Origin: a virus
Taxonomy: Duplodnaviria > Caudoviricetes
DNA length: 42,652 bases
Strand: one strand, 5' to 3'
Virus record (IMG/VR): IMGVR_UViG_3300042465_002503
Location: 1-42,652 of that record
A program made the translations under genes and the position numbers. The notes under the pieces were generated by a model, which worked only from the letters and a program-made list of their open reading frames with translations, ran no database searches and was not told the origin of the DNA. This document shows positions 33,023 to 42,652 of this stretch, piece by piece (position 1 is the stretch's first letter; every line of letters begins with the position of its first letter).

Positions 33023-33300
33023 ACGACCCTAGAGACATCGCCATGTATGCCGCTGAGTTGGTCTCAGGCGAGCGTCAGGACGCCTACGGGCATCCATTGG
33101 ATAACTTTACTAGGGCGGCGCAGATATGGTCTGTAATCCTCGGCTGTGAGGTTTCTGCCGAGCAAGTAAGTCTTTGCATGGTGGGCATGAAGATTGCCCG
33201 CGAAGTCAATCAAACCAAGCCCGATACAGTTGTTGATGGCATCGGTTATTTTCTTACTCTCAACATGATTCAAGAAGAAAGAATTAGACGCACTATCTAA
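33019..33300 (+). CDS. DUF6378 / dNTP pyrophosphohydrolase-like helical protein
   Basis: G.R...YG.P.DNF.R.A..WS......V.L.M...K.AR......D..VD..GY. Confidence 0.8.
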   Translation: MNDPRDIAMYAAELVSGERQDAYGHPLDNFTRAAQIWSVILGCEVSAEQVSLCMVGMKIAREVNQTKPDTVVDGIGYFLTLNMIQEERIRRTI

Positions 33301-33424
33301 ATTTGCGATGCGATACACTATGAGCAATGTGCGCTAGTCGCCCCAGTTAGTCGTCTTACCTCCGTGTCCATGTGACCTTAGACGGTGTACTTGGGCTACC
33401 CATGCGCCGTCAAAGGAGGATTAG

Positions 33425-33757
33425 ATGACTCAGTATCGAGTCTTACAGGGTATTGATTACCCGCCAAATAAACGCGCCGAGGCTGGCGATGTTGTAAATG
33501 ATTTACCTGCCAGTTCTGTTAAGTGGCTCCTTGAGGTTGGCGCGATTGAAGATGCGTCTAAACCAAAGTCTGAGCCGAAAGTAGAAATCGTTGAAGAACC
33601 TGTAGTTGAGCCTGTTAAGGAAGAACCAATTGTCGAGGCTCCCGTTGAGCCTGTTATTGAGGCAGAGGGTTTTGACCCTGAAGCAACAGATGGCGATGGC
33701 GATGGATTTGTTCAAGATGGAACCCCACACCAACGCCCAGTTGAGGAGACTAAATAA
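33425..33757 (+). CDS. Small protein with Pro/Glu linker and DGDGDG motif
   Basis: AAGGAGG RBS; Y.VL.GIDY...R.E.GD.V.DLP......L...GAI; C-terminal DGDGDGFVQDGTPHQRP. Confidence 0.75.
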   Translation: MTQYRVLQGIDYPPNKRAEAGDVVNDLPASSVKWLLEVGAIEDASKPKSEPKVEIVEEPVVEPVKEEPIVEAPVEPVIEAEGFDPEATDGDGDGFVQDGTPHQRPVEETK

Positions 33758-34485
33758 TGCCTACATTCGCACATGGTAAAAATGTAAATGTTTTTATCAA
33801 TGAATTTGATTTTTCTACTTACTTTAATGATGTAAGCGCAACAAGCACAGTTGAGACTTCTGAAGTATCAGCCTTTGGCTCAAGCGCCAAGGAGTATATC
33901 GTTGGCTTGCAAGACGGAACAGTTTCACTCGGCGGAATGTTCGATGGAACAGCAGTCGTAAGTACAGATGTATTTTTCTCAACTGTACTTGGCTCAGCCA
34001 CTAAGCAAAATGTTATCGTCGCCCCATCAGGTCACTCTAACGGAGCAAACGCAATTGTTCTTGAGGCAGATGACACCTCATACGAAGTTTCAGGAGCAGT
34101 TGCCGATGTCGTACAGACAAGCGCTGAATTCCAGTCAAGCGACGGAGTTGAACACGGAAAGATTCTTTCTTCAGGCGCCGCCATCTCAGCAACAGGCAAT
34201 GGAACATCTGTTGATAATGCAGCCGCATCTACCAATGGTGGAGTAGGCTTTGTAAGCGTTCCAACTAATACTCGTAATGGCAACATAACAGTTAAGGTTC
34301 AGCAGTCAGCCGACAACTCAACCTTTACTGATTTGATTACCTTTACAGTCGTGACCAGTACACAGAAAACTTTTGAAAGAGTTGAAGTTACTGGGACCGT
34401 AGCAAGATACCTGCGCGTGAACTACACGGTTGCAGGTTCCACAGGTAGCGCCACCCCAGTAGTGGCTTTCGCAAGGAGAAACTAA
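33757..34485 (+). CDS. Tail tube-like protein with C-terminal extra domain
   Basis: HGK...ETS..S.FGS..K.YIVGL.D.T.S..G.FD; paralogous to the next gene. Confidence 0.7.
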   Translation: MPTFAHGKNVNVFINEFDFSTYFNDVSATSTVETSEVSAFGSSAKEYIVGLQDGTVSLGGMFDGTAVVSTDVFFSTVLGSATKQNVIVAPSGHSNGANAIVLEADDTSYEVSGAVADVVQTSAEFQSSDGVEHGKILSSGAAISATGNGTSVDNAAASTNGGVGFVSVPTNTRNGNITVKVQQSADNSTFTDLITFTVVTSTQKTFERVEVTGTVARYLRVNYTVAGSTGSATPVVAFARRN

Positions 34486-34901
34486 TGCCTACATTCACAC
34501 ACGGTAAAGCCACCGTATTCAAGGTGGACAATTCAGGTGGAAGTTTAACTGATATCAGCAATGTGCTGACAGATGTTTCATTCCCACAGACAATCGAAAC
34601 CGCCGAGACAACAAGTTTTGGTTCAAACGCAAAGACCTACATTGTGGGTTTAAGCGATGCGACCATTTCAATCTCAGGTAACTTCGATACAACAGTTGAT
34701 ACACACCTCAGCGCGGTTCTAGGACAAGCGGCAACTTTGTCGTTTGAGTACGGACCTGAAGGTTCAACAGCGGGAGATGCAAAGTACACAGGCGAGTGCC
34801 TCATGACTTCTTACGAGAAGAGTGGTGCAGTTGGCGATGTTGTAACTTTCTCAGCAGAGTTCCAAGTTACAGGTGCCGTCACACGCGGTACTTACTCATA
34901 A
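34485..34901 (+). CDS. Major tail (tube) protein
   Basis: ETAETTSFG...KTYIVGL.DA.ISISG.FD...Y.G....TSY.....VGD.V.FSAE.QVTG; precedes the chaperone. Confidence 0.85.
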   Translation: MPTFTHGKATVFKVDNSGGSLTDISNVLTDVSFPQTIETAETTSFGSNAKTYIVGLSDATISISGNFDTTVDTHLSAVLGQAATLSFEYGPEGSTAGDAKYTGECLMTSYEKSGAVGDVVTFSAEFQVTGAVTRGTYS

Positions 34902-34960
34902 TCAATAATTAAATAACAACTTAATAAGTCGTGACCAACCTAGTGTCCAAGGAGAAATAA

Positions 34961-35320
34961 ATGAGTCTAAAAGAAGCAATTTTCAGTAGCGATGACATCA
35001 CAAAGGAACTCGTAGAAATCCCTGAATGGGGAGTAACTGTCGAGGTTCGTTCGATGACAGCAAACGAAAGAGCAAAACTCGGAGAAGGCGCTGCTAAAGG
35101 CGACAAAACCGATGTTGGCGCAATGTATGCACTAACTGTTATTGCAACTGTTTATGACCCTGCAACTGGTCTGCCAGTCTTTACAGCACAGGACAAAGAA
35201 GCCATCCTTTCTAAGAATGGTGCAGTTATCGAACGCCTTGCAACTAAGGCTCTCGGCAACTCAGGTCTGTCTGAGAAGGCGGTAGACGAAGCGCAAGCAC
35301 GATTTCCTGAAGAATCCTGA
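34961..35320 (+). CDS. Tail assembly chaperone (gpG-like)
   Basis: V.IPEWG..V.VRSMT..ER...D..G..VF...D; lies between the tube and tape measure genes. Confidence 0.85.
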   Translation: MSLKEAIFSSDDITKELVEIPEWGVTVEVRSMTANERAKLGEGAAKGDKTDVGAMYALTVIATVYDPATGLPVFTAQDKEAILSKNGAVIERLATKALGNSGLSEKAVDEAQARFPEES

Positions 35321-35498
35321 GCGTAGGTTTCTTTTCGAACTTGCTGAAGAATTAGGTCGGACGGTGGGCGAACTTCTACACGGGAGTCCAGCCCACCGCC
35401 CCCTATCTAGTATGGAATTAACCGAGTGGTCTGCTCTTTATATCCTAAGAGGGAAAGAGCGGGAAAAAGCGGAAAGAAAGGCTAAGGCAAGAAGATAA
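35304..35498 (+). CDS. Frameshifted chaperone extension (gpT-like)
   Basis: Frame FLKNPERRFLFELAEELGRTVGEL...SS.ELTEW.A.Y... has no start before its conserved part; its stop overlaps the tape-measure ATG (TAATG). Confidence 0.75.
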   Translation, partial: FLKNPERRFLFELAEELGRTVGELLHGSPAHRPLSSMELTEWSALYILRGKEREKAERKAKARR

Positions 35499-38400
35499 TG
35501 GCTGAAGTTCCGCAGATGGAGATGCGGGCGCGAGTTAGCGCCGATACCGCACAATTTACCCGAGGGATGCAACAAGCATCTCAGGCGGTTGAAGGTTTCT
35601 CTAAAACAACAGGTCGTTTGAACTCAGCCATGATTGGCTTGGGTGTTGTTGCTGGTGGCGCTGGCGCTGCCATTATTGCTTTTGGTGTCAAGTCATTTAA
35701 CGCTGCCGCTCGCGTTGATGAGTTGAATTACGCAATTGATGCGATTGGTAAATCCACAGGGCTTGGAGGACAAGCACTTGCAGATGAAGCCTTAGAAGTT
35801 AAAAACATGGGTATCGAGATGGAGATTGCCCAAAAATCAGTATTAAAATTTGCACAAAATAACCTTGAATTAGGTAAAGCCTCAGACATTGCTCGTATTG
35901 CTCAAGACTTAGCAATTATCAGCGGTGAAAACTCAACAGATACATTTAATAAATTAACCCACGCTGTTATTACAGGGCGAAGTGAAGTTCTTAAATCAGT
36001 TGGTATTCAGGAAAACGCTGGTCAGATGTATGCAAAATTTGCAAAGAGCATCGGCAAGACAACTAAAGAACTAAGTTATCAGGAAAAACAACAGGCTGTC
36101 CTTCAGGGTGTGATGGCAGAGGGCGTTAAGGTCTTTGGTACTTACGAAGCGGCAATGAAATCTCCTGGTAAGACTTTGCGCTCGTTCGCCCGTTTGCATA
36201 ATGAGTTGCAAGTTGCCATGGGCAATGTATTGCTCAAAGCCTTTGGACCTATAATTTTGGCTGCTTACGACCTTGAAAAAGCCATAACAAAGGCAGTCGA
36301 AAAAAACAAAACATTCCAAGCAGTCCTTGGCGCTTTACAAGCAGTCTTTACAAAATTGACACAGCCTCTAACGGATTTTATTACAAAGATTACAGATGCC
36401 GTTAAAGGCTTTGACACGGTGTATACGAGTGCTGATAACGCTCGAAAAGGTATAAAGAGAGTTATACCTGACACTAAAGCCCTTGCAGAAAAGTTTGAAA
36501 TGTTATTGCCTCCAATTGCGGCGGCAACTGCTGGGCTTGCAACTTTTGCTGGAAGAGGATTGCTACAGAATCTCCCTATTATTGGCAATGTTCTTTCTAA
36601 ACTAAAAGTATTCCCAGTCATGATGGTTGTTCTTGCACTTACCTCAACTCAAGTCCGTAAGGCTCTAGTAAATCTTTTCACAGCCTTTAAGCCGTTAGTC
36701 CCAGTTATTGTTCAAATCGGTAAAGTGATGGCAACAGCAAGCACTATTGGAGTTGCTGTCCTTGCCAAAGCAATCAATATCTTGGCAGCCATTGTGCGTG
36801 GAGTAATCGGATTCTTTCAAAGAAACATTGAGATTTTCAAGAATTTAGGTAAAGCAATTGCCCTTGTTGCACTTACCTACGGTGGTTATCGCTTAGCAAT
36901 CATGCTTGCCATGGGCGCTCAAATTGCATACTCAGCCGTGATGGGAGCGGCAGCCTTTGCCGCTGGGTTGCTTAGGACAGCAATAGCAATGTTGAACATG
37001 ACTATGTTATTAAATCCAATTCCTTTGGTTATCGGATTAGTAATTGCTTTGATGGCAGCCTTTGGTTATCTTATGGCGACAAATGAGGACTTTAGAGAGA
37101 CTGTAAAAAAGGTCTTTAACTTTGTTCTCAAAGTAGTCATTTATGTCTTTGCATCAATTGTTTCTGCAATTGGAATGTTCATCAAGGGAATTGCTGTTCT
37201 TATCAGAGTCTTTGGTTTCTTTGTTGAGGTGGTTGTGAAGGTCTTTGAATTTGTGTTGGACATAATTCTGACTGTTATTGTTTCAATTCTCAAAGGTTTT
37301 ATATTCTTAATTGATGGTTTTGTTTCTTTAATGGAATCAAATAGTGTTCTTGCTCAAGTGGTTGAAACTGTATTTAATTTCGTTATTAAATCAATTTTAA
37401 TGGCAGTTAGATTTATTGTTACTTTGTTCAAAACTTGGATTGATTTTTACATAAATGTTTTTGATTCTCAGAATCTTTTATACAAAGTTGTAACAAGCGT
37501 ATTTAACGGTATTATTAAAGTAATTGGCTTTATCGTAAGTGGAATTATTAACCTCTTTGCAAATGTTGTGAGTGCTGTTGGCGACCTTGTTCAAACATTT
37601 AACAGATTATTCAATGTAGTCAAATCAGTTTTTTTAGGCATTTTAGGCGCCATTGAATATGTTGGTAAAGGAATTTTTGGTCTCTTAAATAAAATTGCTG
37701 AGGGTATCGGAAAATTCCTCGGTTGGGCTTTTGACAAAATGACTGCATGGCTACGAGCATTAGCCACCCTTTTCAGTAAAATTCCTAAAATTGGTGAGAT
37801 GGTTGCTGACGCAATCAATGGTGGATTAGACGCGACTAAAAAAGTTGTAACGGGTTTTGCAAGCGGTATGGTTGGTCTTGGCGAGACAATGTTTAAGGGT
37901 ATTTTAACGGGTGCTACAACATTAGTGAATGGCATTTCAACTGTTGGAGTTGCAACTAAAGCCACCTTAGATACAACAGAGGCTACTTTAAGAAACTTTA
38001 GTGCAAAGGTCACAGAATTTAGTGACAAAGATTTTGCTGGAAATGCAATCAACAAACTCATCGACGGTGGCAAAGTAGTCTCTAAAACACTCGGTAATGT
38101 AATTGACAAGATTAAAGATGCAGAAGAAATCAATTTTGGAAAACAAATAGTAGAAGGTTTAATTGCGGGCGCTAAGAACGCTTCAAAAGGATTGACTGTT
38201 GTTGTCGATGCAATTCAAAAGATTATAGATACTCCATTGTCTAATACCGTGGGTGACTTTATTGACGGTATTGCTGAGAAGGTTGATAAAGCGGGAGAAA
38301 TGGTCATGGGTCTCGCCGCGACCATGATGGAGTTCGCAGACAAAACAGATTTTGCTGGAGCCGTCGGTGACAAAATTGGTGGGTTCATAGACAAGATAAA

Positions 38401-39175
38401 AGAAAGCCTCAAAGAAGGTCTTGGCTTTGGCGACATCCTTGCTGACGAAAAGAAAAAGTATGAGGATGCACAGAAAAAAAAGAACGACGACGAGAAAGCG
38501 GCTGAAAATGCAGAAAGAGCGGCAGCCCGCCTAAAGACGATTCGTGAAGCAATGCAAGCGGGTATTGATTCCATCAAGGGTGTTCTTGATGATTTACAAC
38601 AAGCGGCTAAGGATTTTGCAGATAGTCTCAAAGACACAATTGTAGGTTTTGCAGGTCTCAAAGGCGTTGAGTTGCCTGATGGGTTTATACCAAAGGCTAA
38701 GTCCCTTATTGAAAATATGGGCAAAAGACTTGATAAGAGTAAAGAGTTTGCGTCACAGATTTACAAACTTCAGAATATGGGATTAGACGCCGATGCTCTC
38801 AAGGCAATTATTGAAGAAGGACCAATCAAGGGAGCGCAACTCGCTGCCTCAATTCTTGGTGGCGGTCAGTCAGCAATTGATGAGATTAGTCGTTTGCAAA
38901 AAGAAATCCAGTTCACAGGTGCAGTAATTGGTGAATATGGTTCAAGAGTTGGATTTGACCAAAAGATTGCTACAGCCTCGACTCAATTGCGCGACTTACA
39001 AAACGCAAGCCTAAATACTTCATCAAGTGGCAATAGTACATTTATTGAGCAAGGCGCTTTCCAAGTTTATGTAGATACTGCTGGTGCAACCAATGAAGAA
39101 GAGAGAGCAAGCATTATCACTAAGCGCATTGAAGAAACCTTTGCAACCTTAGCCCGACAGTTAGCGAGTAAATAA
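35498..39175 (+). CDS. Tape measure protein
   Basis: 1225 aa, helical; A.VSADT..F..G N-terminus, hydrophobic segments, NPI.L.I, periodic F/W repeats. Confidence 0.93.
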   Translation: MAEVPQMEMRARVSADTAQFTRGMQQASQAVEGFSKTTGRLNSAMIGLGVVAGGAGAAIIAFGVKSFNAAARVDELNYAIDAIGKSTGLGGQALADEALEVKNMGIEMEIAQKSVLKFAQNNLELGKASDIARIAQDLAIISGENSTDTFNKLTHAVITGRSEVLKSVGIQENAGQMYAKFAKSIGKTTKELSYQEKQQAVLQGVMAEGVKVFGTYEAAMKSPGKTLRSFARLHNELQVAMGNVLLKAFGPIILAAYDLEKAITKAVEKNKTFQAVLGALQAVFTKLTQPLTDFITKITDAVKGFDTVYTSADNARKGIKRVIPDTKALAEKFEMLLPPIAAATAGLATFAGRGLLQNLPIIGNVLSKLKVFPVMMVVLALTSTQVRKALVNLFTAFKPLVPVIVQIGKVMATASTIGVAVLAKAINILAAIVRGVIGFFQRNIEIFKNLGKAIALVALTYGGYRLAIMLAMGAQIAYSAVMGAAAFAAGLLRTAIAMLNMTMLLNPIPLVIGLVIALMAAFGYLMATNEDFRETVKKVFNFVLKVVIYVFASIVSAIGMFIKGIAVLIRVFGFFVEVVVKVFEFVLDIILTVIVSILKGFIFLIDGFVSLMESNSVLAQVVETVFNFVIKSILMAVRFIVTLFKTWIDFYINVFDSQNLLYKVVTSVFNGIIKVIGFIVSGIINLFANVVSAVGDLVQTFNRLFNVVKSVFLGILGAIEYVGKGIFGLLNKIAEGIGKFLGWAFDKMTAWLRALATLFSKIPKIGEMVADAINGGLDATKKVVTGFASGMVGLGETMFKGILTGATTLVNGISTVGVATKATLDTTEATLRNFSAKVTEFSDKDFAGNAINKLIDGGKVVSKTLGNVIDKIKDAEEINFGKQIVEGLIAGAKNASKGLTVVVDAIQKIIDTPLSNTVGDFIDGIAEKVDKAGEMVMGLAATMMEFADKTDFAGAVGDKIGGFIDKIKESLKEGLGFGDILADEKKKYEDAQKKKNDDEKAAENAERAAARLKTIREAMQAGIDSIKGVLDDLQQAAKDFADSLKDTIVGFAGLKGVELPDGFIPKAKSLIENMGKRLDKSKEFASQIYKLQNMGLDADALKAIIEEGPIKGAQLAASILGGGQSAIDEISRLQKEIQFTGAVIGEYGSRVGFDQKIATASTQLRDLQNASLNTSSSGNSTFIEQGAFQVYVDTAGATNEEERASIITKRIEETFATLARQLASK

Positions 39176-40746
39176 TGGCTACTACAGTATTAAGACCCAA
39201 CGCTAACTGGAACAATGATTCTCTCTTTACTATCTCAGGAGGCTCGGGTTCAGTTCACGCAGCCCTAGCAGATAACAGCGATTCAACTTTTATCACACGA
39301 ACAAGCAACACAGTCCCAGCATTTTATGAAGGAGAGTTCGGAACCACGACTCTCGGAGCAACCGAGAAAGTAACTTCTGTAAACCTTCGAGCAAGAATCG
39401 CAGTTGGAACAGCGGGTAACGCTCAGTTCAGCCTCGGTGTAATTACAGACCGTAACGGCAGAACTGTTTATTACTCCGTTCCAATAACCAAACTAAACAC
39501 TTTGGCTCTTTCTACCGTTGATTTTGCATTAAACATGACAAGCGCTCCGAACGGCGCCGCATGGACTCAGACTCTTATCGATAATTTAGTATTTAAGTTC
39601 ACAGATAATGCAACAGCATCAGGTGACAAAACTAGCGTTTATGAAGTTTATGTTGATGTTGTTACTACGACTCAACCGACAGTATCAGTAACCGCGCCTT
39701 CAGGTTCAATTACAACAACTTCATTTCCATCCGTAGTGTGGACATACGCCGATACAGAGGGCGACCCACAATCTGCTTATGAAGTAAAAATTTTTGACTC
39801 GACTACTTATGGGGCAAGTGGTTTTAGTCCTGACACATCAACACCTTCAGTTCAAACTGGCATAGTCGCCTCTAATAATAATGGACAAACTCTTGAGGCT
39901 GACTTGGCAAACAGCACTTCATATCGTGCTTATGTACGAGTGGCTCAATTAGTAAATGGTGTAAATTATTTTAGCGAATGGGCATTTTCGTCATTCAGTT
40001 TAGCCGTCGATGCTCCAGCCAATCCAACGGTGTCGGCATTTTATGAAAGCGACCTTGGTTCAGTTGCTATTACTATTTTTGGGCGTACAAATGTTCTCAG
40101 CGCCAATCAAGCATCTTTAGAAACAAACACAGCGGGTTGGGATGCTTTAACAAATTGTTCAATCACTCGTTCAACTGCTCAAGCATCTAGTGGCTCCGCA
40201 TCATTAGCCCTGACTGCAACAGCAGCGGGAGACGCGGTTGCAACCACTACAACAGCAACGGCTTTTACCGTTAGTCCATCTACTGATTTTTCTGCAACCG
40301 CTGAGTTCAGAGCCAATACAACGGTTCGCTCTACAGCGGTAGGAATTCTGTGGCGCAATTCAAGCGGTACCACAATCTCAACTGCATACGGTACAAGCGA
40401 GGCAGACTCAGCAAGTGCGTGGAATCAATGCACCGTAACAGCAACAGCCCCAGCAACAGCCGCAACCGCTGTAGTTTTAGTAAAAATTATTTCTGCTGCA
40501 ACGAGTGAAGTTCACTATGTAGACAAAATTGCTTTCCACGCTGGAGATGAACCATTTTGGACTCGAGGTGGATTCAGTACATTCTCGTTTGATGTTGAGC
40601 GCTCAGATGATTCGGGAACAAGTTACTCAGCAATTCGTAACAGCCCTGTTACTGCAAACACTTCTCAAATTGCAACATTAAGCGACTTTGAAGTTCCTTT
40701 AGACAAAACGGTTACTTATCGTGCGAAAGCGAGGGCTGAAATCTAA
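39175..40746 (+). CDS. Minor tail protein (FN3-like and carbohydrate-binding-like domains)
   Basis: Thr/Ser-rich; W.Y.D..GD.Q..Y.V; N.L..NQASLE....GW; follows the TMP. Confidence 0.75.
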   Translation: MATTVLRPNANWNNDSLFTISGGSGSVHAALADNSDSTFITRTSNTVPAFYEGEFGTTTLGATEKVTSVNLRARIAVGTAGNAQFSLGVITDRNGRTVYYSVPITKLNTLALSTVDFALNMTSAPNGAAWTQTLIDNLVFKFTDNATASGDKTSVYEVYVDVVTTTQPTVSVTAPSGSITTTSFPSVVWTYADTEGDPQSAYEVKIFDSTTYGASGFSPDTSTPSVQTGIVASNNNGQTLEADLANSTSYRAYVRVAQLVNGVNYFSEWAFSSFSLAVDAPANPTVSAFYESDLGSVAITIFGRTNVLSANQASLETNTAGWDALTNCSITRSTAQASSGSASLALTATAAGDAVATTTTATAFTVSPSTDFSATAEFRANTTVRSTAVGILWRNSSGTTISTAYGTSEADSASAWNQCTVTATAPATAATAVVLVKIISAATSEVHYVDKIAFHAGDEPFWTRGGFSTFSFDVERSDDSGTSYSAIRNSPVTANTSQIATLSDFEVPLDKTVTYRAKARAEI

Positions 40747-41171
40747 TGGCTGTTTTATCATCAGGCTATACGGTCACAGAGCCAATTCAAATTGTTAATC
40801 CCGCTATATGGTCATTTACTGCTGTTCAAAGTCCAACGACTCGAGTTACTCAATTACGGGTGCAGCAACCACTTAATTCTTCAATTGTTGAATCTTATGG
40901 AGTTTTCAAGCCGCTTGGTGCGTCAAAGACAATTGTTGTAGCGACAAGCATTTATGGTATTGATGGCTCTTACGAGTTCACCACGCAAGGCGAAACAGAA
41001 TGGGATAACTTATATCCAGTTCTTACTTACCAAGGAATTTTGCATGTGCATGACCCGCTCGGACGCCAAAAGTATGTGCGTTTTGTAGATAGAACATGGA
41101 CAGAAGTGGGCGACATTGACAACCTGATTCGTAACGCCAAGGTTAATTACTATGAGGTTGAGGCTCCTTGA
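40746..41171 (+). CDS. Minor tail protein (distal-tail-like)
   Basis: 141 aa; synteny; ends in Y.EV..P. Confidence 0.6.
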   Translation: MAVLSSGYTVTEPIQIVNPAIWSFTAVQSPTTRVTQLRVQQPLNSSIVESYGVFKPLGASKTIVVATSIYGIDGSYEFTTQGETEWDNLYPVLTYQGILHVHDPLGRQKYVRFVDRTWTEVGDIDNLIRNAKVNYYEVEAP

Positions 41172-42289
41172 TGTATCCCGTATCTGACGCTTTCTTATCG
41201 TCAGTTCGTAAGTCTCATATTAGCAATGTCAAGATTGAGATTTATGACATGGCAAACAATGAGATTATTAGTACGGCTCAACCAATCTCAGGTGAAGTCA
41301 CTATCGACTCACGCAGAGACATCCGACGCCAATGCTCAATTGAGTTCATTGATAAAGATGGAACGCTTGTCCCAACAAACAATCGCTCTTCCGTTCTCTT
41401 GCCATATAACCGCGAAATCAAAATCTATCGAGGGGTGCAGTTCGGAGATGGCACCGAGGAGTTAGTGCCTCTTGGAGTTTTCATTCTGACAACCGTAGAA
41501 GTAACAGATACTCCCGAGGGAGTTAAAATTACCGTCCAAGGCTCCGATAGAAGCCTTCGAGTAATCCGAGCAAAATTTACAAGCCACGACTTTTACATCA
41601 ATGACGCTACAGCAAAAGAAACAGCCATTGAGCAGATTCTTAAAGATAGATACCCAGCAGTTAAAACTATTTTTCCTGCCACTAATCAAGTAACCGACAT
41701 CATTTATCCAACTCTTGACCAATCATCAAATCCATGGAAAGAAGCGCTAAAGATTGCTGAGTCGGCTGGAATGGATTTGTACTTTGATGAAAACGGTACA
41801 GCCCGTATGCGCCCGATTCCTGACCCTGATAGCGGACTTCCTCTAGTTACTTACGAGGACAATACTGAGTCTGTTTTAACTTCATTAAGCCGTTCGTTGT
41901 CGAGCGATGAATCTTTCAACCATGTTATTTATACAGGTGAGGGAACTAACCTTTCCATTGGCGTAATTGGCGAGGCTAAGGACTTGAACCCAGCCTCTCC
42001 AACTTATGTTGAGACTTACGGTTCAGTTCCAATTTTTAAGTCATCGCCATTCATTCTGACAGTAGCCGAGGCAGAAGAGGCAGCAATCGCTGAACTACGA
42101 AAAGTCATTGGAGCGCTGGAAAAAATCTCATGGGACCAAGTTGTAAATCCCGCTCACGATGTTTATGACCTAGTGAAGATAACTCGTACTCCGTCGGGAG
42201 TTGATGCTACTTTGATGCTAGATTCAATCACGATTCCTTTGAGTCCACAAAACACTATGAACGCAATTGGAAGAAGTCGGAGATTCTGA
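41168..42289 (+). CDS. Baseplate hub / tail protein (DUF5047-like)
   Basis: YPVS..FL..VR.SH...G.V.ID....RR...P...EI..YRG...E.VPLG.F...DRS...YFD..G. Confidence 0.8.
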   Translation: MMYPVSDAFLSSVRKSHISNVKIEIYDMANNEIISTAQPISGEVTIDSRRDIRRQCSIEFIDKDGTLVPTNNRSSVLLPYNREIKIYRGVQFGDGTEELVPLGVFILTTVEVTDTPEGVKITVQGSDRSLRVIRAKFTSHDFYINDATAKETAIEQILKDRYPAVKTIFPATNQVTDIIYPTLDQSSNPWKEALKIAESAGMDLYFDENGTARMRPIPDPDSGLPLVTYEDNTESVLTSLSRSLSSDESFNHVIYTGEGTNLSIGVIGEAKDLNPASPTYVETYGSVPIFKSSPFILTVAEAEEAAIAELRKVIGALEKISWDQVVNPAHDVYDLVKITRTPSGVDATLMLDSITIPLSPQNTMNAIGRSRRF

Positions 42290-42652
42290 TGGACTTAAAT
42301 TATCTTGTAAATCAAATCAAGGGCGACACCATTGCCCCGACTTTACGCATCCGCCAAGGCAAAGTAATTACAGTCAATGCTAATAGAACAATGGATGTTC
42401 AAATTGCGGGTGATACCAATACTTTGCCTTCAGTTCGATACTTGAGTAATTACGCTCCGAAACCTGATGACCAAGTGTGGCTAATAAATTCGGGTGCGGA
42501 CTTGCTCGGCATTGGAATGGTTGCTGGAGCAGATAGAACCCTTGCCCCAGTTGCTTATCGAACTAGCGCCCTCACAGTTACAAAAGATACGAACACCTAT
42601 GTTTCTTTCCAAGCCGATAATTCAGACGGGTGGGGATGCTGGACAGTCAGCG
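42289..42652 (+). CDS. Tail spike/OB-fold-like minor tail protein (partial)
   Basis: TGATG coupling; MDLNYLVNQIKG...RQGKV..V.....V.IAG......V.YL..Y.P...D.V; open to the window end. Confidence 0.7.
   Translation, partial: MDLNYLVNQIKGDTIAPTLRIRQGKVITVNANRTMDVQIAGDTNTLPSVRYLSNYAPKPDDQVWLINSGADLLGIGMVAGADRTLAPVAYRTSALTVTKDTNTYVSFQADNSDGWGCWTVS

Noticed and set aside
36071-38724. Long minus-strand ORFs within the tape measure (also those within structural genes such as 20280 and 24721)
   Set aside because: Antisense open frames caused by codon bias of the plus-strand genes.

Overview
The window is part of a tailed (siphovirus-like) phage genome that most likely infects an actinobacterium. This is inferred from two WhiB genes, an SLT/Rpf-like transglycosylase and leaderless TANNNT promoters. 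Left to right it holds: the 5' part of a secreted Pro-rich minus-strand gene; small early/regulatory genes; a structured intergenic region; the transglycosylase, WhiB x2 and SSB; the portal and a short MuF head-morphogenesis protein; a ~10 kb head-linked effector region; the XkdF-like prohead protease, scaffold, cement and major capsid genes; a block of fibre-like virion genes; head-tail joining genes; a Zn-finger/phosphoesterase/DUF6378 insert; two tail-tube paralogues, a frameshifted chaperone, the tape measure and minor tail genes. The main observation is at 9283-19066. Ten copies of a short tag, [hydrophobic]-x-K-H-x(2-4)-H-D-Q-x-T-H-G(-[SN]-W-A), each precede a separate cargo domain: several ADP-ribosyltransferases, a GNAT, a ParB/Srx-like domain, a RelA/SpoT-type synthetase, a possible SAM-lyase-like domain and an acidic peptide. 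This suggests a modular array of effector polyproteins that are capsid-packaged and protease-processed. The region also has candidate immunity ORFs (one overprinted, one fused to the prohead protease), and the tenth tagged module can be reached only through an apparent -1 programmed frameshift. Family assignments come from motif recognition by eye; no searches were run.
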